Virus record (IMG/VR): IMGVR_UViG_3300031576_000026
Location: 16,292-80,291 of that record
Strand: one strand, 5' to 3'
Length of the DNA: 64,000 bases
Origin: a virus
Every line of letters starts with the position of its first letter. The stretch's first letter is position 1. Shown here piece after piece: positions 9,175-19,462 of the stretch. The translations under genes and the position numbers were made by a program. The notes below the pieces were generated by a model that worked only from the letters and a program-made list of their open reading frames with translations, did no database searches and had not been told where the DNA came from.

Positions 9175-10413
9175 ATGAGTGCTTCAAATCAATTATCTAC
9201 TCTTAACGGATTTTTTAAGGAAGCCTATGCAGATAAGCTTGGCGAACTTATTCCCGATGGAGTAAAACTTCTTAATAAAATTAAATTCATGTCTAAGGAT
9301 AAACAACCTGGTAATCTTTATCACCAGCCTGTTATTCTTGGAATGGAGCATGGTGTTACATTTGCTTCTTCAGACGAAGATGCATTTAATCTTAATGCTC
9401 CAGTGGCTGGCGTTATCAAAGATGCTCAAATCAAGGGTAATCCTATTCTAATGCGATCACTTCTTGGTTATGTATCTGCGAGCCGTGCAGCTCTTGGTGG
9501 ACAAAAAGCATTTATGGATGCTACTAAGTATTTAGTGGCTAACATGCTTCGATCAATGGCTAAAAAGCTTGAGATTGAATTGCTTTATGGTCAAGTTGGA
9601 TATGCTCGCATTTCAGCTGTGTCTGGTACTCTTTTGACAATTAAAACATCAGAGTGGGCACCCGGAATTTGGGCTGGTGCAGAAGGCATGCCAATTGAAA
9701 TTCGTAATTCAGCTGGAACGACTTCCAGGGGTGAATCTGTTGTTAAAAGTGTTGACATGGATGCTAGAACCGTTACTCTACAAACTGCGGTTCCTGGTAT
9801 TGATGTAACTCTTGGCGCAGAAGATATCATCTGGCATAAAGGGGCTTTCGGAAACGAATTTGCGGGAGTTCATAGAGTTCTCTCTATTTCTTCTGGAACG
9901 CTCTTTAATATCGATGTCGGGGCATTTAACCTCTTTAAGGGCAATGAGTTTAGTGCTGGTAGTGCTGCTCTCAGCTTTACCAAACTCAATCTCGCTGCTG
10001 CACGAGCGGTTGAAAAGGGTCTCGATAATCGAGTAGTTGCCTATGTTAATCCACGAGCTTGGGCAAATATGCTTTCAGATCAAGCTGCTCTTCGCAAGTA
10101 TGATCAAAGCTATAGTTCTAAAAAGGCAGAGAATGGTTCAGAATCTCTTCTTTTCCACTCACAAAATGGGGAAATTGAGATCGTGCCAAGTATCTACGTA
10201 AAAGAAGGTTACGCATATCTTCTTGATGAACAAGCTTGGTCAAGAGTCGGTTCTACCGATATGACCTTTAAGCGTCCAGGACAAGGTGAGGAATTCTTTA
10301 GGGATCTAGAGAATTCAGCTGCTTATGAGCTTCGTCTTTATTCAGACCAGGCTCTATTCTGTTACGCACCAGGTCGAAATACTCTTATCAAAGATATTGT
10401 TAACGTAACATAA
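9175..10413 (+). CDS. Major capsid protein (HK97-fold type)
   Basis: 412 aa, follows scaffold, FKExY N-arm, capsid-like C-terminus (YELRLYSDQALFCYAPGRNTLI), followed by a terminator. Confidence 0.8.
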   Translation: MSASNQLSTLNGFFKEAYADKLGELIPDGVKLLNKIKFMSKDKQPGNLYHQPVILGMEHGVTFASSDEDAFNLNAPVAGVIKDAQIKGNPILMRSLLGYVSASRAALGGQKAFMDATKYLVANMLRSMAKKLEIELLYGQVGYARISAVSGTLLTIKTSEWAPGIWAGAEGMPIEIRNSAGTTSRGESVVKSVDMDARTVTLQTAVPGIDVTLGAEDIIWHKGAFGNEFAGVHRVLSISSGTLFNIDVGAFNLFKGNEFSAGSAALSFTKLNLAAARAVEKGLDNRVVAYVNPRAWANMLSDQAALRKYDQSYSSKKAENGSESLLFHSQNGEIEIVPSIYVKEGYAYLLDEQAWSRVGSTDMTFKRPGQGEEFFRDLENSAAYELRLYSDQALFCYAPGRNTLIKDIVNVT

Positions 10414-10447
10414 TTAATAATATCATATAATTAAAAGTCTATTATAT

Positions 10448-10477
10448 AGAGGGAGCCTAAAAACTCCCTCTTTCTTT
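10448..10477 (+). terminator. Rho-independent terminator after MCP
   Basis: AGAGGGAG-8 nt-CTCCCTCT stem then TTCTTT. Confidence 0.8.
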
Positions 10478-10499
10478 ATCTAGACATTCTTCTTTACAT

Positions 10500-10509
10500 T
10501 TAACAACTA
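10500..10509 (+). promoter_or_regulatory. Candidate late promoter motif TTAACAACTA (copy 3)
   Basis: Just downstream of the MCP terminator, upstream of the tail block. Confidence 0.65.
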
Positions 10510-10545
10510 TTAATGTAATTATAATAACCACTATTTTCGATTTAT

Positions 10546-11034
10546 ATGGCTGTAACCGTTACGATTAGAGGAACCCCGATCCCCTTTCCTACTTCAGGAG
10601 AATCACCTAATTGGGCGGAAGCTGTAACAGAATTTGCTCAGGCCGTCGAGGATGCTCTTATAACGCTTGGATTAGGCATCGGGGATATAACCCCTCAAAT
10701 ATATAACATCGATGCTTTTAATGGCAATGTTATCCCTCAGGATGTGCAGAATCTAGCATTTTCAAATACTTTAGTACGTTCTAGTGTTATTAGATATGCC
10801 GTGACTAGAACAAGTTCCACCGAAACAGCCATTGAGGCCGGTCTTATATTAATAGCATATAATCCAAGTCTATCGGTTGGTAATAAATGGTATATAACCA
10901 CACAGAAAGTGGGGGATGGTAAAATATCATTTTCTATAACAGATGCTGGTCAAATTCAATTCACAACTACGGCATTGGGTGGTATCAATTATAGTGGTGA
11001 AATTAGTTTTGCTGCTGTGAGTTTATTACAATAA
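10546..11034 (+). CDS. Virion/tail structural protein
   Basis: FPxxGESPNW N-terminus plus beta-rich domain; context. Confidence 0.55.
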   Translation: MAVTVTIRGTPIPFPTSGESPNWAEAVTEFAQAVEDALITLGLGIGDITPQIYNIDAFNGNVIPQDVQNLAFSNTLVRSSVIRYAVTRTSSTETAIEAGLILIAYNPSLSVGNKWYITTQKVGDGKISFSITDAGQIQFTTTALGGINYSGEISFAAVSLLQ

Positions 11035-11035
11035 A

Positions 11036-12796
11036 ATGGCTAATAATATCTTCGAATTTTTAAATGGATTAAGGATTAAACCAGTCTCTTCTTCATCATC
11101 TTCAAGAGAAGGAGAATTTGAATTATTATCCACAGATAATAAACTTAGAATATTCGCTGGTGCTTCTAATAGAGCGGTTGTCACAGAAGATCAAACTCAA
11201 ACCTTAACTAATAAAACCCTAAGTGGTTCTTTAAATACCTTCTCAAATCTACCCTCATCTGCTTTCAATATTGATTCCGATATTAACTGGAATCAATTTA
11301 GCATAACTAATTTTAGAAGACTTGAATTTTTTGATCCAGCTGCCGTTATTGTTGGTTCTAATAAATTATATGTGAAAAGTGGCAATCTTTTTTACAATGA
11401 TGGTAGTGGAAATCAAATACAACTAACAATTAGCGGTATTGTTAATGCTAGTGAATCTATTACAGGATTAAGCCCAGATGATACTGTAGTTTTTAATGAT
11501 GCTGATAATACACTCTCTTTTAATGCAGATGGTGGGTCTGATAATATGGTGCTTCAAGCATCAGAATATCAAGCTTTTTCGAAATACACATTTGGTATAG
11601 CCGGAACTCCCAATTTAGATTTTTCGAGTAGTCAATTCAATTTTAATAATGGTGGAACTGGTAATGGTAATCTGAAAGCTGGAACTTATACTGGCACAGC
11701 CAGTATAAATGTTTTAGATATAACCGGAACAGCAGGAGGAGATGCAGTACAACTTATTGGAAGATTGACAACTTCTACTACTACAGATGGTCTAATTATT
11801 AGATCTAATACAGGAGCTGTTAGTAATAGAGTTGCGACTTCAGGTTCTGATACAAATGCAGGAGCAGCAATTAGATTAGTTCCGGATGGAGTTGCGACTA
11901 ATGGTGGAAGTATAGATTATTTTGCTCATTCTACATCAAATTCCATTGATAAAAATAAGCATAGATTCTTTATAAGAACTGGAGTTGGTACTTCTACAGA
12001 AGCTGTTAGAATTAGTAGTGTTGGATTAACTATAAATCCGGGCGCAGGTGGACCACGCTTTAGTGATGATGGTTTCGGTCGATTAGTTATTGAAACACCG
12101 TCTGAACCTGATGGTAGAGTTAGATTAGGACCAGCTGGTGGTGTCAATATATCAAATTCCGCTGGTGCTTTAGAAGTAACACCCGGAAGCGGAATAATAG
12201 GAATAATAGTTGCATCTGGTAGTGTTAGATTGGGATCGGTGTTTAGTGGTGTTAGTTTATCAAATTCCGCTGGTGCTTTAGAAGTAGCCGTTTTAAGTGG
12301 TGCAGTCGGATTAAAAGTAGTTGGAGGGGTTGAATCTCAGTTAGATGGAAGTATAAGATTAGGGGGAAGTGCGGCTCCTACCACATTTCTTGTTAAACAT
12401 CCTTCATCTACTGTCCCTGTTGTAAATGTGTCAGATGGAGCATCCTCTAGTAGAAGTATCGTTGTTGGTCCATTGGATAGTGAGTTATTTAGTAGTCTTA
12501 GAATTATTAGGGGAAGAATTAGTAAAACTGGCACTCTTTTATCTGGAGAAGGATTTACTGCCTCTCAACCAGGAGCAATAAATGGATTAGTGAGGGCCGA
12601 TTTTACAACAGTATTTTCAGCTACTCCTACTGTTGTTGCTTCAGTTGAATTAGTTCTTGAAAATACGGGGGCTCATTTTTCATGTACGCACACTTTAAGC
12701 ACGGGTGGAGTAGAATTTGATATTGTTGATGATACGGGGAGCCGGGACACCACAAACGTTCAAGCGCTTAATTTTATTGCAATTGGACCGAGGTAA
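11036..12796 (+). CDS. Tail fibre/receptor-binding protein
   Basis: QTLTNKTL motif, G/S/T-rich beta repeats, C-terminal FSATPTVVAS...NFIAIG tip domain; exact 29-bp repeat at 12150-12178 and 12258-12286. Confidence 0.75.
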   Translation: MANNIFEFLNGLRIKPVSSSSSSREGEFELLSTDNKLRIFAGASNRAVVTEDQTQTLTNKTLSGSLNTFSNLPSSAFNIDSDINWNQFSITNFRRLEFFDPAAVIVGSNKLYVKSGNLFYNDGSGNQIQLTISGIVNASESITGLSPDDTVVFNDADNTLSFNADGGSDNMVLQASEYQAFSKYTFGIAGTPNLDFSSSQFNFNNGGTGNGNLKAGTYTGTASINVLDITGTAGGDAVQLIGRLTTSTTTDGLIIRSNTGAVSNRVATSGSDTNAGAAIRLVPDGVATNGGSIDYFAHSTSNSIDKNKHRFFIRTGVGTSTEAVRISSVGLTINPGAGGPRFSDDGFGRLVIETPSEPDGRVRLGPAGGVNISNSAGALEVTPGSGIIGIIVASGSVRLGSVFSGVSLSNSAGALEVAVLSGAVGLKVVGGVESQLDGSIRLGGSAAPTTFLVKHPSSTVPVVNVSDGASSSRSIVVGPLDSELFSSLRIIRGRISKTGTLLSGEGFTASQPGAINGLVRADFTTVFSATPTVVASVELVLENTGAHFSCTHTLSTGGVEFDIVDDTGSRDTTNVQALNFIAIGPR

Positions 12797-12801
12797 TTCA
12801 T

Positions 12802-12987
12802 ATGGCTAAATTAAGTTCTAAAGCAAAAAAATGGATAAGTGATAAGATAAGTAAACTGGCTCATGAAGGTTATAAAGATCCCAATCAACGTTCAGCCATT
12901 GCTTATAGCATGGCGCGTAAGAAGAAATATGATGTTCCAGAATCACCTTCAAAATTCAAAAAAATTCGTAAAATGATGAAAAAATAA
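12802..12987 (+). CDS. Small basic protein (QxxAIAYSxARK motif, DUF6496-like)
   Basis: QRSAIAYSMARKK. Confidence 0.55.
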   Translation: MAKLSSKAKKWISDKISKLAHEGYKDPNQRSAIAYSMARKKKYDVPESPSKFKKIRKMMKK

Positions 12988-13406
12988 TGCAAAGACAAAT
13001 TACACATTTAGATAGTGATCAAATAAATAAAAGAATTTTTGATGAATCACAAGATGCTAATCGTGTGGTTATAGTGGGTGGTGTAGACTTTAATTTTGAA
13101 CATAAAGATCCTAAAGTTATTACTATAAAAGAACCCATCATTATTAGAGAAACAGAAATTAGAGAAATAGAAAAACCTATTATTATAAAAGAATTCGAAT
13201 TAAAGGAAATACATATACCAGTTATTGTGAAGGAATTAGAAATTAAGGAAGTTGAAAGAATTGTTTATAAAGATTCACCAAAAGATATACATTATGTAGA
13301 TAAAATAGTTAAAGAATTTCATACACCTAAAGCATTGCAGTATCTATTACTTTTACAGGGATTATTGATTGTTGGTTTACTAACAACTTTATTTATAAAG
13401 AGTTAA
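12987..13406 (+). CDS. Membrane-anchored protein with I/E/K/P repeats
   Basis: IKEPIIIRE/IEKPIIIKE repeats, C-terminal hydrophobic helix. Confidence 0.6.
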   Translation: MQRQITHLDSDQINKRIFDESQDANRVVIVGGVDFNFEHKDPKVITIKEPIIIRETEIREIEKPIIIKEFELKEIHIPVIVKELEIKEVERIVYKDSPKDIHYVDKIVKEFHTPKALQYLLLLQGLLIVGLLTTLFIKS

Positions 13407-13425
13407 GCCAAAAGGATTATAAATT

Positions 13426-14448
13426 ATGGCAACTACATTAGATTTTAGCCAGGTTCTACAAAGAGCTTTTGATGAATCAGCCCAGGCTCTTAAAGTTACA
13501 GTAAGTGGGGCTGTATTAGAGGTTAATCTAGATAATACCGATGATGATGTTTTAGTTTATGGGTTTGATGGAGTAGCGAATAAAAAGATTAAAACCGATG
13601 CAGCTGGAGAATTACAAATTGACGTATTATCTTCAGCACTTCCAGCAGGAGCAGCCACTGAAGCCACATTAGTTGGTATAGCAGTTGGGATTGGCTCTAT
13701 TGATTCAGATATAGATGTCTCTCTTTCTTCAAGAGCTAGTGAATTAACACTTTCATCCATAAACACCAAATTAACCGATGCTTCTCAAAAGACTCAAATC
13801 GTTGATGGTGTTGGTAGCGTTATTGGAAGTACATCCAACGCTTTAGATGTTAATATTAAATCTAGTGCTATAACATTAGAAGTTAATCTAGATAATGCTA
13901 ATGACGATGTTTTAATTTATGGATTTGATGGTGCGGTTAATAGGGCTATAAAAACTGATGCTGCTGGTGAATTACAAATAGATGTTCTATCTTCGGCACT
14001 ACCCGCTGGTGCTGCAACAGAAGCTACCTTATCCTCAATTAATGGTAAATTAAATTCTTTAGGCCAAAAAGTAATGACTGCATCTGTTCCAGTGGTTATT
14101 GCTTCTGATCAATCTACAGTTAAGCAAAGTCAAACTGGTAGAAGTGTTGTAACTACTACAAGAAATGATTACAGTTCTTCTAGTGTAACCACGGCAGCTT
14201 GGAGTCAATTAATTGCTTCTACAGCAGCTGATATTCATGAAATTGAAATTTTTGATAGTTCGGGTCAAACTTTAGAATTAGGAACTGGGGCAGCAGCCGC
14301 TGAAACAAGGTTACTTCTAGTGTTTCCAGGGGGAAATGGTCGTGTTCAATCTTTTGTTGTTTCAGGAACCAGGATTTCTATTAGAGCAGTTTCTGCTAAT
14401 GCCACAGTGGGCGAGAGTTCAATCAACTATTATGGAGCTGGAATCTAA
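13426..14448 (+). CDS. Fibre/spike-like virion protein with ~52-aa duplication
   Basis: LEVNLDNxxDDVLxYGFDG...IKTDAAGELQIDVLSSALPAGAATEATL occurs twice. Confidence 0.65.
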   Translation: MATTLDFSQVLQRAFDESAQALKVTVSGAVLEVNLDNTDDDVLVYGFDGVANKKIKTDAAGELQIDVLSSALPAGAATEATLVGIAVGIGSIDSDIDVSLSSRASELTLSSINTKLTDASQKTQIVDGVGSVIGSTSNALDVNIKSSAITLEVNLDNANDDVLIYGFDGAVNRAIKTDAAGELQIDVLSSALPAGAATEATLSSINGKLNSLGQKVMTASVPVVIASDQSTVKQSQTGRSVVTTTRNDYSSSSVTTAAWSQLIASTAADIHEIEIFDSSGQTLELGTGAAAAETRLLLVFPGGNGRVQSFVVSGTRISIRAVSANATVGESSINYYGAGI

Positions 14449-14497
14449 TTAACTATTATATACTGTCTAATTAAATAGACACTTAATTGGGATAATC

Positions 14498-16297
14498 ATG
14501 TCATCACCTTTTATATGGAATGGAAATTTTGCTAAATCATTAAAACAAAGATTAAATCTTAATGATAAAGCATATATTCTTCCGGAAACTACTGATCCTA
14601 CCGTATCAGCAACCGATGCACCTAGAAGTTCACTTGTTTTACAAGATACGGGCTCTGGTGGTAAATTATTCATAAAACAAGATACAGGTTCTTCTACTAA
14701 CTGGAATCAGTTATTAGATTCATCAGCTAGTGATGCTTTATATCTTCGTTTAAATGGATCTAATTCAATAACTTCTTTTATTGATTATACCCAAACTGCT
14801 ACACCAGCTAGTCCTGCAGCGTCCCACAATCGATACTATTTTAAGAGTAACAATCGTCCAGCTACTTTAGATAGCACGGGCCAAGAAGTTTTTCAAGTTT
14901 GGCAAAATACTGCTTTTAGTACATTTATTGGAACTGCAGCAACTACTACAACAGCAGTTGCAAATACGGCTGCCGGTTTTGATGCTGGACTTTCCCTAAC
15001 TACAGGAGCTGTAAATGCTTTATTTGGGACGAATGCAGGAAAAGCATTAACAACAGGATCTGCAAATGCTTATTTTGGAGTAGCAGCAGGAGAATTTACT
15101 ACAACAGGAGGGAACAATACATGTGTTGGAAGGAGTGCTGGAAATTCCCTTACTACGGCGGGGGATTGTACTTATGTTGGATCAGAAGCAGGAAAACTCG
15201 CTACAATAGGAACGAGAAATACATGTATTGGAATGAAAGCTGGAACTTCCCTTGTTACTGCGGAAGATTGTACTTATGTTGGCGGTTTTGCGGGTATATT
15301 CGCTACGGGAAGTCATAATACTGTTGTAGGATCATTAGCTTTTAATGGTCTTGCATCTACTGGCAGTTTTAACACAGCTATTGGTCGTGCTGCTATGAGC
15401 ACTGGCACTATAACAGGAACTCAAAATACTGCACTTGGGTACAACGCACTTCTGGAACTAACTACAGGAATTCAAAATACAGCTTGTGGTGCAGCAGCTT
15501 TACGTCAAGTTACGACTGGAAGCAACAATTCTGCTCTTGGTTTAGCTGCTGGTGTAAATGTGACCACAGGTAGCGATAACATCTTTCTTGGAGCTAACAA
15601 CCTTTCAGGTTCAGCTGTAACAGCTTCAAATGAATGGGTTGTTGGTAGTCAACTTAATCCAATTAATAATGCATATTTTGGTCGTGGATTTTCGTCTCCA
15701 ACTTTAGCTGACTTTACCATGGGAGTTGCTGGGGCAACAGGAACTGATATCTCGGCTAATGCTTCAGGCTTCAAAATAGCTGGCGCAAGAGGAACAGGAA
15801 CTGGCGCTGGTGGGCACATCTTTTTTCAGACTGCTCCTGCGGGTGCTACGGGATCTACACAAAATGCCCTTGTTAGCCGATGGGAGATCGAAGATGTTAG
15901 CGGACATCTTTTAGCTTCTACGGACAATGTCTCAGACATTGGCGGAGTTACCAGGCCAAGAGATTTATTTTTAGGACGGCATTTTTCTTTCGAAGGGAAA
16001 TTAAAAGGCCATAGAACTGCAGTAGCGGATGCAAATTATACTACAGTTGAAGGAGACTATATTGTTGCCTTTTCCTCTCTAACTCTTCCTAGGACTGTTA
16101 ACTTAGTTGCAGCTGCAACAGCGGGTAGTGGCACAGTTCTTTACATAAAAGACGAAGCTGGAACTGCAGGAACAAACAACATCACAGTTGATCCAGCAGG
16201 TGCAGAAACCGTAGACGGATCTACTACGATTCTTATTAGTGCAAATTTTGGAGTTGCAAGACTTTACTCAAATGGAGCTAATTGGTTTACTTTTTAA
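14498..16297 (+). CDS. Tail fibre with NTxxG beta-roll (autotransporter-head-like) repeats
   Basis: Many ~14-aa TTGxxNTxxGxxA repeats; C-terminal IKDE.G...NITV...ETVDG...SNGANW domain. Confidence 0.75.
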   Translation: MSSPFIWNGNFAKSLKQRLNLNDKAYILPETTDPTVSATDAPRSSLVLQDTGSGGKLFIKQDTGSSTNWNQLLDSSASDALYLRLNGSNSITSFIDYTQTATPASPAASHNRYYFKSNNRPATLDSTGQEVFQVWQNTAFSTFIGTAATTTTAVANTAAGFDAGLSLTTGAVNALFGTNAGKALTTGSANAYFGVAAGEFTTTGGNNTCVGRSAGNSLTTAGDCTYVGSEAGKLATIGTRNTCIGMKAGTSLVTAEDCTYVGGFAGIFATGSHNTVVGSLAFNGLASTGSFNTAIGRAAMSTGTITGTQNTALGYNALLELTTGIQNTACGAAALRQVTTGSNNSALGLAAGVNVTTGSDNIFLGANNLSGSAVTASNEWVVGSQLNPINNAYFGRGFSSPTLADFTMGVAGATGTDISANASGFKIAGARGTGTGAGGHIFFQTAPAGATGSTQNALVSRWEIEDVSGHLLASTDNVSDIGGVTRPRDLFLGRHFSFEGKLKGHRTAVADANYTTVEGDYIVAFSSLTLPRTVNLVAAATAGSGTVLYIKDEAGTAGTNNITVDPAGAETVDGSTTILISANFGVARLYSNGANWFTF

Positions 16298-16306
16298 GGA
16301 CTAAAT

Positions 16307-17533
16307 ATGTCTGACGTCAATTTTAATTCAAGCACTAAAAAGGCAGCAGTCTCAGGGGATGCGGGATCTTTTACCGATCTTTCTTTGACAAGCTTTACAG
16401 ATTTTACACAAATTGCAACTCCGGCTAATCCCACTGCTCTGCATGATCGTCTCTACTTTAAAAGTGATGACAAACTTTATAAGAAAACAAGTGCTGGAGT
16501 AGAATCAGAAGTAGGGGGCGCAGGAACTCCTGCGGGGGCAGATACTCAAATACAGTTTAACGATGCTGGGGCTTTCGGTGGAGATGCTGATTTCATTTGG
16601 AATAAAACAACTAATCTGTTAACAATAACAGGCAGGACAACTATTTCAGCGGGTACTTTAGCTAGTGCTACTTCTGCACTTCGCGCAACAGGTACTTTAG
16701 ACACAACTGGATTTGAAGTGCTAATCGATTCTTCGGCTACTTCTTCTGGCTCTGCCGCATCTCAAGAGCAGTTCTCTGTGTTCGGATCAATGGGAGCTGG
16801 TCATACCGGCGCTGGGCTTTTAGTTGGTGTGTTTGGAGGGAATACCGCGCTTGGAACCGGCAATTTGTTGTCTCTTGCTGGCAATTTTGGCGGAGTATTC
16901 AGCGCTGAAGTGGGAGCACCCACGGGAGTAAGAGTAGGAGCCTTAGGAAAAGCAACGGGCTCATCTAAGAATTATGGTTTAATAGGATTTGGTCTTGGTG
17001 GGACAATAGAAACTGTTGGTGTTTATGGATCAGCTAATGCTTTTGCTGGGAATGGCGCTGGTGGGTATTTTATATTTGACACTGATGGCAATCCTGGAGT
17101 TCGTCCAAATACCACAGGTGCTTTAATAGCAAACAATAATACTGCTGCTTTTTCTATTTTTAAAGCTCAAGATAATGGGAGCACCATCTTTGAAATTAAA
17201 GACGGGGGTGACGTTGTCATTTCCAAAGCTAATGTTCTCGGATCATCTTCAACTAGTTTAACGGCAGACAATCAAGTAGTTTCTCCTGCGAACACAAGCT
17301 ATATTCGTCTTAGCTCTGATAATGCAGTTGCAACGAATCGAACTTTCACTTTATCTGCTGGAACAGCAGGGCAGCAACTCCTTTTAGAATGGACTGGAAC
17401 AAATGCTGCTGAACTCCTAGCAGACGCAAATACGAAACTCTCGGTTACATGGCTTCCGACAGAATTTGATACTTTGTCTTTAATTTATAATGGAGCCGCT
17501 TGGCTCGAAGTTGCTAGGAGTACAAATGCCTAA
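16307..17533 (+). CDS. Tail fibre-like protein
   Basis: PAGADTQIQFNDAGAFGGD motif, Gly-rich GVxG repeats, C-terminal DTLSLIYNGAAWLEVAR. Confidence 0.7.
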   Translation: MSDVNFNSSTKKAAVSGDAGSFTDLSLTSFTDFTQIATPANPTALHDRLYFKSDDKLYKKTSAGVESEVGGAGTPAGADTQIQFNDAGAFGGDADFIWNKTTNLLTITGRTTISAGTLASATSALRATGTLDTTGFEVLIDSSATSSGSAASQEQFSVFGSMGAGHTGAGLLVGVFGGNTALGTGNLLSLAGNFGGVFSAEVGAPTGVRVGALGKATGSSKNYGLIGFGLGGTIETVGVYGSANAFAGNGAGGYFIFDTDGNPGVRPNTTGALIANNNTAAFSIFKAQDNGSTIFEIKDGGDVVISKANVLGSSSTSLTADNQVVSPANTSYIRLSSDNAVATNRTFTLSAGTAGQQLLLEWTGTNAAELLADANTKLSVTWLPTEFDTLSLIYNGAAWLEVARSTNA

Positions 17534-17744
17534 AAATTTAAAACGCATCCGTGAAATTAAATTAGTTCCGGATTCCTCGGGACTATCCTTTAGTCATATA
17601 CTAGTTGAATATGAATCTGGAGCATCAGAATATGCTGATGTTAGCATTTCAAAAAATTTAAAAGATGATCCCTCTGGACTGGATTTGACTAAAGCCCAAG
17701 ACGTGTTCAACTACGCTAAAGGGAAAGCTGAAGGTAATTTATAA
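17526..17744 (+). CDS. Small hypothetical protein (possible fibre chaperone)
   Basis: AGGAG RBS before MPKNLK; track ORF 17490-17744. Confidence 0.5.
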   Translation: MPKNLKRIREIKLVPDSSGLSFSHILVEYESGASEYADVSISKNLKDDPSGLDLTKAQDVFNYAKGKAEGNL

Positions 17745-17804
17745 CTTATTAGATTCTTTGAGAGATTCTATATATCATAGTGAGAATATTCTATAATATA
17801 TAAT

Positions 17805-17814
17805 TTAACAACTA
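17805..17814 (+). promoter_or_regulatory. Candidate late promoter motif TTAACAACTA (copy 4)
   Basis: Exact motif in the gap before 17856. Confidence 0.6.
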
Positions 17815-17855
17815 TATATAGATTTAATTCTTCTGTATAATTAAGGAGATAATCA

Positions 17856-19451
17856 ATGTCACAATTAGCATGGCGCAATCCGGCCAGAATGATGGATTCT
17901 GCATCTACGGTATTGCCTAGTGGTTCTGGTCCGGTTGTTGTTGATAGTGTTGTTGTTCAAAATCATGACCGTATTCTTTTTACACAATTAAGTGATCCGT
18001 TAAAAAATAATAGGATATTTAAACCCAATAATATTGGTGTTAGTGTTAACTGGGTCTTAGAAAAAGATGGATATGATGCTGTAAAAGCTGAATTTCATGG
18101 AGACCCTTCAGATGGTGAAATTCTTTATGTAAGAGAAGGGGCAATTCATAAAGACAAAATTTTTGCGTTTAGATCTGAATCTAATACATGGGATAATATT
18201 CTTCAAGGTGCTTCTGATATCGTAGCTATCCACAGGGATAATTCTCAACCTCCTAGTACAAATATTAGCTGGAATAATTTTAAATTAATGGATTTGGCTA
18301 ATGCAACTTTAGCAAATGATGCTATTAATAAAGGCCAATTAGATGCAGCAATTGCTAGTGTTTCTATGGCGGCAGATCCAAACGCCATTCGTAAAAATAA
18401 TACAAATCCTCCAATCACTGATATTTCTTGGGCTGGATTTCGTTTAATTAATTTGGGTAATGGTCTTGTTGCCGGTGATGCTGTTAATAAATCACAATTA
18501 GATCTTAAAGCTGATCTTAGTTATGTTAATTCGCAAAATGCTGCTCAGGATTTAGTAATAGCTGCTAAGGCAAATACAAGCTATGTTGATTCACAAAATG
18601 CTGCTCAAGATGCAGTAATCGCTCTTAAGGCTGATAAAACATATGTTGATTCACAAAATGCTGCTCAAGATGCAGTAATCGCTCTTAAGGCTGATAAAAC
18701 TTATGTAGATGCACAGGACACTCTTAAAGCTAATATTACATATGTTGATTCACAAAATGCTGCTCAAGATGCAGTAATCGCTCTTAAGGCTGATAAAACA
18801 TATGTTGATTTTCAAAATGCTGCTCAAGATGCACAAATTGCTATTAGATTAAGAACAGACGGTGGCAATCAAATGGCTGGTGATCTAAAATGGTCATCTG
18901 ATAATTTATTTGACATTGGAGCCTCTGGAGTTAACCGTCCAAGAAGTGGTTATTTTGGAACTTCTCTTGTTGTTGGCAATTCTTTCACTATTACATCTAA
19001 TAGTGTTGCTGGAGATGAGACTAGTCATCTTACTATTAAATCAAAGCCCTCTTCTACAGCACCTTATTTCTTTAAAGTACTTCCCTCTGATACCACAGGT
19101 AGATCAGAAAGAATAAGGGTTGGAAAAATAGATTTAGTGTATGGCGAAGCTGGAACCGGTGGATTTTTCGACAATGACGGCTTTGGTATAATGAATAACG
19201 TTAATGGTCAACCTATAGCAGAATTAACAATAGGTGGTGGAACTATTAGATTTAGAGGATCTGATGTTCTAATTCATGAAGGACTTAGGGTTATAGGTTT
19301 TGTTAATCTTTCTGGTGGTCATATGAATTTAGCCCCCAAAACCACAGCACAAAGAGATGCATTTGGTGCTACGGCTGGGGCCATTGTGTTTAATTCAACC
19401 GTTGGTAAACATCAAGGATTTGATGGAACTAACTGGAATGATATGTATTAA
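17856..19451 (+). CDS. Tail fibre protein with coiled-coil tandem repeats
   Basis: DRILFTQ..NRIF, DAxNKxQLD motifs, ALKADKTYVDSQNAAQDAVI repeats, C-terminal TTAQRDA..GAIVFNST. Confidence 0.8.
   Translation: MSQLAWRNPARMMDSASTVLPSGSGPVVVDSVVVQNHDRILFTQLSDPLKNNRIFKPNNIGVSVNWVLEKDGYDAVKAEFHGDPSDGEILYVREGAIHKDKIFAFRSESNTWDNILQGASDIVAIHRDNSQPPSTNISWNNFKLMDLANATLANDAINKGQLDAAIASVSMAADPNAIRKNNTNPPITDISWAGFRLINLGNGLVAGDAVNKSQLDLKADLSYVNSQNAAQDLVIAAKANTSYVDSQNAAQDAVIALKADKTYVDSQNAAQDAVIALKADKTYVDAQDTLKANITYVDSQNAAQDAVIALKADKTYVDFQNAAQDAQIAIRLRTDGGNQMAGDLKWSSDNLFDIGASGVNRPRSGYFGTSLVVGNSFTITSNSVAGDETSHLTIKSKPSSTAPYFFKVLPSDTTGRSERIRVGKIDLVYGEAGTGGFFDNDGFGIMNNVNGQPIAELTIGGGTIRFRGSDVLIHEGLRVIGFVNLSGGHMNLAPKTTAQRDAFGATAGAIVFNSTVGKHQGFDGTNWNDMY
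18505..18832 (+). repeat. ~60-bp tandem coding repeats in tail fibre
   Basis: Near-identical TATGTTGATTCACAAAATGCTGCTCAAGATGCAGTAATCGCTCTTAAGGCTGATAAAAC units, one truncated. Confidence 0.9.
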
Positions 19452-19462
19452 TAGGAGATAAA

